From the NCBI RefSeq assembly GCF_001194135.2, contig NC_068992.1:63893183-63957182 (forward strand): a stretch of 64,000 nt of DNA. The letters are read 5' to 3'. Shown here piece after piece: positions 51,895 through 64,000 of the stretch. The notes under the pieces are model-generated. The model saw only the letters and a program-made list of their open reading frames with translations, was not told where the DNA came from and did not search any database. This stretch comes from Octopus bimaculoides. Its lineage: Eukaryota. The stretch's first letter is position 1. Every line of letters begins with the position of its first letter. A program made the position numbers and the translations under genes.

Positions 51895-54498
51895 CATGTA
51901 CGTGCATGTGTGTGTGTGCTATTTCAATTTTATTGTTGTTGTTCTTGTTACTTCAGGCAACCTCACTAAAATATTAGATCTGTTTACTGGTCTATGACTA
52001 TTTTAGATCACTTTAGAAATACTCCACAATTGTGCTTTCACTCTTAACTTCCTCTTCAATTTGTTGCAACACCATATGTAAGGGTTTTTTTAATTTCTTT
52101 TTTCATAACCAGCTGGACATTTTTTCACTCTCTCTCTCTATGATGATATGTATGTATATATTAATCAACCAGGCAAGAAGAGCCTAATATTACACTGCAC
52201 AACACAATAAACACTTTGCTGCCGTCGTACAAATAAATGCACAATGCATGCAGAAAACCATTTGGTTCACTGTACCCCTAGTCATGCACGAACAGAGGTG
52301 CAATTGCTATTTATGAAATGTAAATAAGTAAATAAATAATTGATTTTAAAACATTACATGAATGTCATGGAGTTCTGCTTGTTCGGCAAGTGACTTCATC
52401 TATGATAAAAATGAAGTTGTTACATTGCAAGAGAGTCGTTATAGACATTTAAAACATAGATATCAATTATATTCAGGATAGGGCTCGTGACCATGACAGG
52501 GAGATCAATTCCTGTACAAGGCACTGCATCATTGTATCCTTGAACATGACACTTCCCTTCATGTTGTTCCACTCTACTCAGTTGTAAATGAGTACCAGCA
52601 TAGAACTGTGGTCTAACTATTGAATGCATGGTATGTGATGCCAGGTCAGACTTGTTTTTATTTACTGTATATATGTATATGTGTGTGTGTACACACACAC
52701 ACACACATTTGCTGTAGTTTATTATAAAGTATCAACAAATTTTATACCCAAGATCTGGTCACTGACATATATGTATGAACCTATTGTATACAGTGCTCAG
52801 GTGCACTACATTTATAACAGGGTAGGTCTTCAATAACAAGGAATTTTATAATTCACATATTCAAATTTGGCAAACAATGCACAAGGAATTATATAATTAA
52901 ATAATCCTACTGATGGGTTATAATATAGTGTTTCTAGACACATCAGAGATGAGAAAACATTTAAGATTTTGATTCCAGTTACTTCTTTCAGTTTATTACA
53001 CAGCTATATATATATATGTGTATATATATATATATATATATAATTATATGTATTTCTTCTATCTTAATGAATAAAAATTCTTCGGATAAAATTAATAGGT
53101 TAATAGAAACCAAGGTAGCAAAGAACACAAAATAACTGTGGTGTAGTTCCTAATGTCTTACATTTAAGATGATTCCCATGCATTCCCTGATGAGAAGGTT
53201 ACAATTTTAATATCACAGATCCCTATGGATCACATAGGTTGTAATCCTTTGAAACATATGTAGGAATAAAGTATGCAATTATAACATGCGTTTTCTCCAA
53301 TCCTTAAATNNNNNNNNNNNNNNNNNNNNNNNNNNNNNNNNNNNNNNNNNNNNNNNNNNNNNNNNNNNNNNNNNNNNNNNNNNNNNNNNNNNNNNNNNNN
53401 NNNNNNNNNNNNNNNNNNATATATATATATATATAAGTGAATCTCGTGTAATTTCACACAAATAGTGTTAGAGCTGACTGTAGACTTTCAAAAATAAACT
53501 TAGATAGATGGATGGATGGAACTCACTCACACTCTCTCACACTCACTCTCTCCCTCATCTGACAACTTCATTCGTAACTACTTTCTCTCTAAACTACCCA
53601 ACTTAACTGTCATTGTTTTATAATTTTTCATTAAAGCTTTTAAGTTGTTGTTATATAAATTCTCCATCATTTTGTGGGGAGTGAAAACGATCTCCAGAAA
53701 AGCCTAACGATCATATAAAAATGACGCAACATAAACAGACTTTAGTCATAGATGTTGGATGCTGCATTTTAGTGTGAAGGACCATAGAAATTGGTTATAC
53801 TTTCTATCCTAAAGTGTGATATTTAAACTGAAGAATATATTTCAGTACTGCAAAACCTTGTGTCTGTGTCATAACTGACTGCAGAAGTTTTGCCTCAAAA
53901 ATGGTCTTTAAAAAATACTGGGTTTTGCAAGAGTTAACACAATGTGTGTGTGTGCACACACACACATGCATGCATAATGCTTAAAACTGTAGGTGGGAGA
54001 TTAAGATACAATACATTTGCTAAAACAATATGGGCATATTCAAATTTACAAATACAATGAAAGGGTCATGGGTTGTTAAGCCCATGGTCCTTAATTCAAA
54101 AATTATGCAAGGAATATTGCAATTTGTCACAGGCAGCTCAATTAGGTATTAGGTAACACTATTTCACAGTTGAGTGGTTAGCAGTGAGAAGAGCATCCGG
54201 GTAAAAAAATCATTTGCTTCAACAATATGCAAACATCCATCCTAATTTACAAACATCATTTATGTATGTATGCATTAGAACAGTACAGTTTATATTAGAG
54301 TAGTATAGTTTGCACAATATATAGTCTGATATAGATAAATGTTTTAACTCTTTTTTAAAGTCAGCACAATATAAGAAATAAAAGTTGATGGTTTATATTT
54401 ATACCTTGTATTTCAATATTTCTCGTGAGATTTACTGAAGAAGTGTGGTCCTAAGCCCAAAATATTGAAATACAAAGTAAACGTACAAACACGTGTAT

Positions 54499-54535
<37 letters not shown>

Positions 54536-54808
54536 GTGGAGTGGGGGGGGGTACTTGTCAAACTTAATTTTTGAGTTTAATTGCATTCTTTATTATTATT
54601 ATTTTTTTTTTGCAGTCATGTCTGTATGTCAGCTTCTTTGTCAAGGGCTCTTATACAAAAATCTGGCTCTTACTTTGTCTCAAATTTTCTAACACACACG
54701 TGCACGCACACACACACACACACACACAGTGAATATTTACTCTTTACCAATATTGTCTATTAATGTCATGAGTTACTGAAAGGGAAAAAAAGAGGTATAC
54801 ATTTGACA

Positions 54809-54965
54809 GAGATATTGTTTACAGTCATGTTTGTTTGTTTGTCCGTGGACAAGATATCTCAAGAGCTGCTGGATGGATTCGGATGAAACTTTCAGGGATA
54901 TTTGGTCTCGTGACTGGCACGAACTGATTAGATTTTGGGACAAGGACTCTGGATTATTTTTCCTG

Positions 54966-54998
<33 letters not shown>

Positions 54999-55157
54999 AA
55001 TTTTTGAGAGTGATTGGGTTCGTTTTCAGTATTCTCATTTGTGAGAGCAGTCCAGTTTATTTCAGAGATTTTCATTTTAAAAATCATCTCTGGCTAATCA
55101 TTGAGAGGATGTTGGTGTTACCATGGCAGAGGTTTGTGCTCTGCGACTGATCTTGTT
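54809..55157 (+). mobile_element. Helentron-associated / DINE-1-like non-autonomous element (5' end eroded)
   Basis: (gttt)n gtccgtggacaagatatctcaagagctgctggatggattcggatgaaactttcagg core, and 3' end ggcagaggtttgtgctctgcgactgatcttgtt. This resembles the HINE layout (microsatellite, core, 3' subTIR/hairpin, TT target); assignment is from recalled pattern. Confidence 0.55.
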
Positions 55158-55400
55158 TTGAATTTATTTTTATTAAAATAAATTTATGCTAATAATTACA
55201 TGAAGATAGCCAAGCCAATCACCCCACATGTTCGTTAAGTGTAAATAGCTGGCATTAAATGAGCAAGAACAGCTAAAATGGGGGGAAGAGAGAGATAAAC
55301 AGACATTTGGTAATTACATACTCACACCTACTCCCACACACACGCAATTCCAAACTATAATTGCTAAGGAAAGAAAAAAGAAACTGTAGCAAATTATTAA

Positions 55401-55796
55401 NNNNNNNNNNNNNNNNNNNNNNNNNNNNNNNNNNNNNNNNNNNNNNNNNNNNNNNNNNNNNNNNNNNNNNNNNNNNNNNNNNNNNNNNNNNNNNNNNNNN
55501 NNNNNNNNNNNNNNNNNNNNNNNNNNNNNNNNNNNNNNNNNNNNNNNNNNNNNNNNNNNNNNNNNNNNNNNNNNNNNNNNNNNNNNNNNNNNNNNNNNNN
55601 NNNNNNNNNNNNNNNNNNNNNNNNNNNNNNNNNNNNNNNNNNNNNNNNNNNNNNNNNNNNNNNNNNNNNNNNNNNNNNNNNNNNNNNNNNNNNNNNNNNN
55701 NNNNNNNNNNNNNNNNNNNNNNNNNNNNNNNNNNNNNNNNNNNNNNNNNNNNNNNNNNNNNNNNNNNNNNNNNNNNNNNNNNNNNNNNNNNNNNNN
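55401..55796. other. Largest assembly gap (396 N)
   Basis: Other gaps: 3500-3545, 26958-26967, 27823-27833, 33934-34004, 35347-35423, 46726-46761, 49812-49821, 53310-53418. Confidence 1.
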
Positions 55797-56889
55797 TTTG
55801 TTTTTGTTAACAATCCAAAATATTTCAAATTACCCGGGTTGGTGTTTTCATCTTGGAGCAGATACTTCCAGTCCCCTGCTGGCCTATCTAATAGACATTA
55901 GTAAATAGGATTTTCAAACAGTAAGTAAACAACAGACCAAACTAGTACTTAACAAGGGGAGGGTCAGAAAAATAAATTTGATAAATTAGGTTTTCAATGT
56001 AATATATATATATAAAAATAAATAGAATCAAATAAAAATTAATTTAAAAAAAAAATCAAATACATTTACAATAAACTGTAAAATCAAATTTATAAAAACT
56101 ACATCAATTAAAAATACAGAAAGAAAAATCATTTCACAAAGGCAGACCTCCAGCATGGCAATGATTGCAATTGCTAAAACATACATATACGCATATTTTC
56201 ATATACACTATTTGGCTGTTATTACAACTATTATTAAGACTGGAGAAAAAGATCCTCTCAGGCTAACTCCACAACTATGAAAATAAGTCATTGAGTAAGG
56301 TACCTGGCTCAAGAGCACTGCAGAATGTATGTAATGCATAGCGACTGAAGCACAGATTGGTTCACATTGCACATTATTCTCCCCTTCAAACTACCCAAAT
56401 AGGAAAAAAGTATTCTTTGTGCTTCTGGGATGGTGGGACTTTTGATAAATGAAGGGTATTTACATGTAAATCATTTAAATATAATTTTACTCATACATTC
56501 AAAACATGAATAAAACACAAATAACACACACACCCATTATGTGCACAAACAAAAGAAAAAAGCATTCAGTACATTTTGTAAGGTTTATAATAGATCATAC
56601 AGATAACAGAAGAGGAAATGATTTGCATTACTTAAAGTTTCACAAAGACATGATGTACACTTGTGATCAGTCTATAATGCAATTGTGACTCATTTTCTGT
56701 AATTATAGCATTTTGCAAGGTGCAACACCTGACCTTGCCCAGGTGCTGAAATCTGACTCTTCAACATGGAAGAGCAAACAATAACCAGCCTAATGGCAAA
56801 CTTGCAACTGACTGGAGAAAGTTGGCATCCATCTGTCTTTTTGCACAGAGCCTGCAGAACTAAATTAGGTCATTTGAAAGCAGGACATC

Positions 56890-56941
<52 letters not shown>

Positions 56942-57383
56942 TATTCCAAGTATAAAAATTTACAATATTATTCACAGAGTATTAAACGTGAATATTTTAT
57001 AAATATGAACCAATTTCAAAGTGAAACAAACAAATTATGTGCTACTTTCCATGGTACTTGGAACACCATACTAACTTTTCAAAGATATAGATTTTAAATG
57101 AAAAATTTGAATAACGAGAGTGTTTCAATATATACTGTCTACACAGTGCCATGTATGAGAGATGAGTGAGAAAGTGCGTTATGTGTTTTAGAGAATGTGA
57201 GACATCTTAGAAAGGCGGGAGCTTACCACTCCATTACGACTGTCAACATTTCTATTTCTTTTCACGAAGCCTCTCTGTTTTACCTCAGTGGGGGACTTTC
57301 CATCTGGTATTTTCTTCATCATGCATTAAGTTCAGAATGATTTTGGATTTGTGTACAAATTATGAAAGTATGGAAGCCATTTC

Positions 57384-57473
<90 letters not shown>

Positions 57474-57645
57474 ACACACACACATATATAGTCACTAAAG
57501 CACTTAGCCTATACACATGCACATTGTCAGCCATAGATGCATGCTTAGATGATGGTATATGAATCTTTTTTTTTTCTTTTTCATGTGGATTAATTGCTTC
57601 CTATCTACTCAGTGGTACAATTAAAAATTTTAAAATTTTATGTGG

Positions 57646-57676
<31 letters not shown>

Positions 57677-57679
<3 letters not shown>

Positions 57680-58518
57680 TTATCAGATAAATTCATTTGT
57701 TTCTTTCCAATGTTATTTGAATTAACATAAAAATGTTTTCATCATGTCTTTTATAGTGCTTTTTTTTTCTTTCAAGCTCTGTTCCTCCTCAACAACTTTG
57801 GCATATTGTTTTTCAAATTTGAATAAATTTCACCTCTTTTCAGACAAATGATGACGGTGTGCCAAATAGGAAAAAAAATGAGCATTTACAACACCTGCTT
57901 CTCTTTGCTTTCAATCAAAGTCCTAAAGCTGTCAAAGCTGTTCAAGACATCAGTAGTGTGTATGGAAAAAGAGAGAACTGCAAAAAAATGGTTTTCCCAC
58001 TTCAAGGAGGGGAAATTCAACCTCACAAATTCTCCACATTCCACACAACCTGTTTTCAGTTCAATGAGGATCGATTGAATGAGCTCATTCACAAGGGTCC
58101 AAGCCAATCCACTCGGAGATTAGCCCAGCTGATGGGAAACTCCCATGATACAGTCACCCGTCACCTTCACTTGGTAGGCAGTGTCCAAAAATTTGGTGCA
58201 TGGGTGCCACACATTCTGAATGAAAAAGACAAACTCCAGGCCCCAGATAGCTAATTTGACCAAAAATGCTATTCAAAATATTGGTTCGGAAGTTCTGCTC
58301 CACCATTTTGTTCAACAATGATGTGGAACTGAAAATATGGACTGATGAATTGTGCAAGTCAAGACTGGTGATTTCTACTATCAAGGCATTGACAAGTTAG
58401 GTGAATGTTGGCAAAATCATGAACAAGGAAGGAGAATGTATTATTGACTGATTTGTTAAAATGTTGAATAATAACAATCAAAATAATCGGAAAAATAAAT
58501 GAATTTATCTGACAACCC
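57677..58518 (+). mobile_element. Internally deleted mariner (842 bp), transposase pseudogene
   Basis: TIRs ggttatcagataaattcatttgttt (57678-57702) vs ggttgtcagataaattcatttattt (reverse complement of right end), TA at 58519-58520. Translation MPNRKKNEHLQHLLLFAFN...ERTAKKWFSHFKEGKFNL...STRRLA...GAWVPHIL, then directly the C-terminal DFYYQGIDKL..CWQ...EGECIID*. The DD34D catalytic region is missing. Confidence 0.9.
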
Positions 58519-58530
58519 TACATATATACA

Positions 58531-58569
<39 letters not shown>

Positions 58570-60999
58570 ATAGCTGGATAGATAAATAGATAGATATAAA
58601 CAAGTAAAACAAACAAAAGTTAATAAAAACTATTTGTTCTGAGATCCTCACTAAAACATTCATCTTGAAATTTAATGAAGATTCTGCAGCCATTTTGCCT
58701 TTTATGATACTCATTTGGTTTATGGACTTAGATCACTCTCCCCACCCCTAATTAGTTTTGAGTAGACATAAAGTAGCTGAGTGGTATACAGTCGTGCAAA
58801 AGCTTTATTGTGCTGGACACATAATTCTACCTTAGTGAAAAGTAATGATAAAAATAGCCTATAATAGTCTAACATTCTACACAGAGGTCGAGTTTTGCCT
58901 GAATTAGCTCAATATTCCAAAAGATCAAGTACTGTAGGCCCAAGTTTGGGAAATTACTAACAACCTTCTTCTATGAGACCTTATATAATTCAACTGAAGG
59001 ATGCAAGATACTTTCTTTGTAGAGAACATGTTTCTGCAATTGTTGTAGCTGTGCAGACCCAGATCCCTCCTAATCAAACACAGTTGTGATCAAAGACAGT
59101 CCATTATGACCATCTCACCTCTTTTTTTTTTTTCCCCAAGTATACTATAACAGACTACATTTTCTTTTTTAAATGGTATGGCATAATTTGAAGGAGATAT
59201 GATTGCTATTTTTAGCAAGTTACACAATCATGTAGAGGTCCCATCATTTGATCAGATTTCTTATTTTCTAAGTAAGTCATAAGCTTCCTCTTCTAATGTA
59301 AATGCTTCTATCATATACATCCCATCTATAAAGTTCTATATAATTACTGTACATATGTACATACAAACACACACATTCCTATAAATACACTTACTCGCAT
59401 ACAAAAGTATTCACATAAAAACATAGCAGCATACATGACCATTTGCTCTAATTAAAACCCATATAAACACACAGCAACATACACAAACCAATGCGAGATC
59501 TTCTGCTTGGATGTTCAACCTTCTAGAAGTAGCAAATAAATCCTTCTTAAATTGCACCCTACCATCTGAAGGATACATTGAGCAATATAGTTCCTTGATA
59601 TACAAAATGATGGCATGCTCATGAATGGCAACCTCTATACCCTAAGTCCGTTCTATCAAGGCTGGCCTGGAGCCATAAGTAACAACAGCAGCAAACACAT
59701 TTTCTCACATGCATGAATCAATAGCTACACAAATACATGACAGTATACATGCAGGACCACACACACACACACACACACATTTGAACCAATGAAGGAACTT
59801 CTATGTGGCTATTTGACCTGCTAGAAATAGCAGTCATATCTACTGCAAATCAGACTCTACTGCTTTTTAATAAATGGGAAGGAAACTTTGGGTAATGTAA
59901 TCCTAGATAGATTATATTGGAATGAAAGAGAGATGGTCACAACAACATAAATCAAAGTATATTCAGACACACAAAGGAGCCATAGTGCAGGATTTAGTAG
60001 GCTTTAGTAGATGATGCTTGCCCAAGGTAACATGCAATGGGACTGAACCCAAGACTTGCTGGAAACGACAATCAAATTCCCTAAAATATACTCTATGCCT
60101 GATGAGGAGGAGCCGGTCTCATAAGGGTTGCAGGATCTCCCTGGTTAATGCAGGAGATATTCAGTTGAAACTTTCTAAGTTGATGCAAGTAGAAGGAATA
60201 TACATGTGTATGCAAGGCCAGGTTAAAGCATTTGTGGAATAAATATTTGCATAAATAGTTGAGAGGGGAGTGTTGGAAAATGATGTGACATATGGTAGAG
60301 CTAATAAGGATGGGCAGAGAAGAAACTGAATGGAAGGAAAGGAATGCATAAGCACAGAGGTACACAGCAATAAAAAAAACAACATACATTATTGACTTAT
60401 AGGCATGTGGATAGAACACATAACTACAAAATAGACATCACTACATAAACATACACATATATCGGCATAACAATACCCTTCACTATACAGGTGCACAAAT
60501 ATACATACTTAAATTACACAGATACATACAGACATCACCATCCATCATCATAAATAAACAGGCACATAATTATAATTATTATTATCTTATGTCCATTTCC
60601 CCATGGTCATATGGAATTTTGATAAGGCAAACTTTCTATAGCTGGATGCCCTTCCTGCTGCCAATGCTCACTTGTTTCCATGTAAAGTAAAATTTTGTAT
60701 GACCAGACATGTATTTTTTTCCACTAAGATTGGAAATTAACACCATTGTTTGTATGACAGTATCAAGACAAAGGTACACAAAGACACACATTCAATGAAA
60801 TCCACTCACAAGGCTTTGGCCACCTGAGGCTTTAGTAGATGACGCTTGCCCAAGGTAACGTGCAATGGGACTGAACCCAACCAAGGCTTCAAAGATAGGA
60901 AGCAGAGACACACACACACACACGCATATACAAGTATAAACAGAATATTCTTCCCTATATAGAGATATATATGACAATATAAATACATCCACTATTGGG

Positions 61000-61550
61000 T
61001 CTCACAGAGGCAATGACTAGTGTGACTGTGACCTTTGTCAATATGCTATGCTTGAGAAGATTCGTCGAGCCAAGGGAAAATACAGTTGTGGCCATTGCCA
61101 GTGTGACATAACTGGCACCTGTGTTAGTGGCATGTAAAAAGCACCTTTTGAACATTGGGCCTCACAGAGGCAATGTGGCAGATACCAGTGCCATATAACT
61201 AGCACCTGTGCTGGTGGCATGTAAAAAGCACCTTTCAAGCGCTGAGCCTCAGGGAAGCAATGATACATGACAGAGACCTTTGGCATTATGCCGTGTTTGA
61301 GAAGAAGACCCATCAGGCCAAGGGAAATCGTAGTTGTGGCAGATACTGGTGCCACACAACTGGCACCCGTGCCGGTGTCACGTAAAAGCACCCATTACAC
61401 TCTTGGAGTGGTTGGCATCAGGAAGGGCATCCAGCTGTAGAAATCATGCCAAATCAGAGTGGAGTTTGGTGCAGCTCCATCAGCTTACCAGTCCTGATCA
61501 AGCCATCCAACCCATGCCAACATTGACAACAGACGCTAAATGATGATGAT
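61000..61550 (+). mobile_element. RTE-LINE 3'UTR-derived element with duplicated internal modules
   Basis: gggcctcacagaggcaatgac...gacctttg..a.tatgct.tgcttgagaaga occurs twice, with three to four aactggcacc.gtg..ggtggcatgtaaaaagcacc modules, then the conserved tail and (gat)n. Confidence 0.8.
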
Positions 61551-63137
61551 ATAAACACACTACATTGATGAATGTGTATCGCAGAAACATCTAAATGTCC
61601 TAGAAGGTTTCTGTAAGGCACAAATATGCATATATTCTTTGTACGAGTATTTGAGATTAATCTTTTCTGTTAATTTATTTCACAGACACTGGCCACAGCT
61701 AAGGCACACAACAAGGCAGTGACATTGGGTTCAATGTAATGCATGGTGATTATTTAACACATGTTACTGTGTGCATAAATATGTAAAATTATCATCATTT
61801 TATGCCCACTCGTTTCTATGGCTGAATTTCATTTCTAACAACAACTACTTTACAAGGTATACTGGGTGCATTTTATCATGGCACCAGCATTAGTGAGGTT
61901 GTTCTACTGTCATTACTGGTCGATGCTTTGTTTTTTTTTTCTTCTTCTTAGTTGTAATGCACCTGAGCACTGTATACAACAATTTCTTTCATATATATGT
62001 ATTCTTCTTAATCAATAACTTGCTCTAAATAATCACCATAAAAAAGAACCCCAAATAAGCTTTTTAAGATAGCGTGTTCACACTAGTACATATATGTGTG
62101 TGCATATGTACACATGTGCATAAGTGTGTACAGGTAAGATAACTGATATAATGGCGTGTCTACCAAAAATATTTTGTAGTATTTAGCCTACCTAGTCATG
62201 TCCCCTAGGCAAACTTATCTATTCAATAAAGAGAGATTAATAATCAACTAAACCACTGAAGGCAATATTCCAGCATGGCCACAGTCTAATGACTGAAACC
62301 AGAATAAATTCTCATGTAATCCACAAATCTATGGCAACTGTTTCTGCCTCCTTATTAGGAATTCCAATATTTTAAGACTATTGCCATATATTTTGGTTAC
62401 ACAACCAATATTTCGATTGATGAAAAGTACAGATTCTGTCAACTCAGCATTAATTGATCTGAGACTGAACTGATGTTCGCATCAGCAGGAGTAGGGCAGC
62501 TGATGCCAACAACAGTTTTAAGCAGCCCCAGGTAATAAAGTCTGATCATTTTAGTTAACACGGCATATTTAATCAGGAACATTCTCACACAGATATTCTC
62601 AGTGTCATTACATATCCCATTAGGTAAGTATTCCTAAGACAGGTATTGTAAAAGTGAGCTTTTGTAAATGATAACACTCCTCATGTATGAAGGCTTCTTA
62701 TTTATATGTTTATACAGTTCAGAGTTGAGATTATTTTGTTTAAGCAACACCAGAAACGAAAATTGCTGACAAGAGAATCCTGGAGTGTTACATAGGAAAT
62801 AGCTTGTCATCAAAGACAGAATGGCTGCTGCAAGCTGTTTTGTTGATATCATGACAAGGTAATAATGCAATGTAAATATTCTTACTTTCAATAACAACAG
62901 CAGGTATATAAATAGTAAAAGATTTGCACTTTCTTTAGACACTGACACAATAAAAGTGACAATTAAATTGAAATTTGTATGTGGAAGGTATACAGTTAAC
63001 TGGTACAGCAAAAATAGACAAGGACTTCAGAGCAGAGGGGAAACAATTAGTAAACACACAAAAAGAAAATTAGTTTTAGCTTTCTGCATTATACATGTTT
63101 TTGTTTTTTTTATTAGACCAGTAATGACAATAGAACA

Positions 63138-63249
63138 ATTAGACAGGTAGTGACACAGACACTATTTATTAGACAGGTAGTGACACAGACACTATTTATT
63201 AGACAGGTAGTGACACAGACACTATTTATTAGACTGGTAGTGACACAGA
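63138..63249 (+). repeat. 30-bp minisatellite, 3 exact copies plus a partial
   Basis: attagacaggtagtgacacagacactattt at 63138, 63168, 63198; partial variant at 63228. Confidence 0.95.
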
Positions 63250-63840
63250 TGAAGTGTGAGTGGCAGTGACACAATAAGACTGACTATGATACAGACTAAT
63301 AGTGATACTGTTACACTGGCAGTGATATCATTAGACTGATAGCAGCAGTATAAGACTGGCAGAGTTAGACTACGAGACATTGACAGACTGGAAGTAACAC
63401 TACTATGCTGGTGGTAACAGTGTTAGATTGGCATTGTTAGGGACACAAAACTTATTGTGATGTCACTAGATTAGTATTGGCACATTTGATCTGGTAGTGA
63501 CATCAGTGACCTAGTAGTGATGCTATTAGACTAATAACAACATTGGTAGACTGAGAGCAACATTATTAGGTTGATAGTGACACTATTAGATTGGCAGTGA
63601 CACCACTGAGTGGCTATGACACTGACTGATAATGATTCAAATTAGTAGCGGCACTATTAGAGTAGTTGTGATCCGGTTAAGATTGGTTGTGACAACATTA
63701 AGCTGTTAGTGATACCATTAAACTGGTTGACATAATTAGACTGGTGTCTTTAGGCAGGTAGTGACACTGTTAGACAGACAATGAAATTGTTAGACTAGTA
63801 GTGACTCTTAAGATATTAGCAACACTGTTAGTTCAGTAGT
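63250..63840 (+). repeat. Degenerate ~20-bp satellite (gacactrttagactggtagt-like)
   Basis: Recurrent ttagactgg(t/c)agtgacac variants throughout. Confidence 0.75.
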
Positions 63841-64000
63841 GATGTGTTTATACTAATAGCAATACTGTTAGAGCAGTAGTGATGTGTTTATACTAATAGC
63901 AATACTGTTAGAGCAGTAGTGATGTGTTTATACTAATAGCAATACTGTTAGAGCAGTAGTGATGTGTTTATACTAATAGCAATACTGTTAGAGCAGTAGT
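63841..64000 (+). repeat. 40-bp minisatellite, 4 exact copies (runs off the window)
   Basis: gatgtgtttatactaatagcaatactgttagagcagtagt at 63841, 63881, 63921, 63961. Confidence 0.97.

Noticed and set aside
55361-55828. Long ORFs spanning the gap
   Set aside because: They consist almost entirely of N-derived X residues.
62634-63011. 125-aa minus-strand ORF
   Set aside because: Hydrophobic, AT-driven composition, with no motif and no flanking splice signals.
63138-64000. Regular direct repeats resembling a CRISPR array
   Set aside because: Units are contiguous with no unique spacers, there are no cas genes, and the context is eukaryotic.

Overview
AT-rich, microsatellite- and SINE-dense animal genomic DNA with nine short N gaps. 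The repeat families (tRNA-headed SINEs, RTE-LINE tails, mariner/Tc1 and TTAA-flanked MITEs) point to an octopus/coleoid genome (inference). Two protein-coding genes can be supported, and they are convergent. (1) On +, the last four coding exons of an SLC35E2-like nucleotide-sugar-transporter-family gene (192-440, 5694-5747, 11401-11604, 16576-16783). They splice in frame through canonical GT-AG introns that are all phase 2; AATAAA follows at 16951. (2) On -, the terminal coding exon of a CRTC/TORC CREB co-activator (37570-37359). No upstream CRTC exon was recognisable in the remaining 26 kb. The rest is intron or intergenic DNA with two mariner transposase remnants, several MITEs, RTE-LINE 3' fragments, many SINEs, a Helentron/DINE-1-like element and minisatellites. 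I found no tRNA, rRNA or CRISPR, and no clearly novel multi-gene system. The best leads are regulatory: a candidate poison exon in SLC35E2 (3846-3923), a transposon-depleted candidate ~13-kb CRTC 3'UTR, a SINE-derived candidate exon that would truncate CRTC, inverted SINE pairs (possible ADAR substrates) and unassigned minus-strand exon-like segments between the genes. All are unconfirmed without RNA data. Repeat boundaries were read by eye and are approximate.
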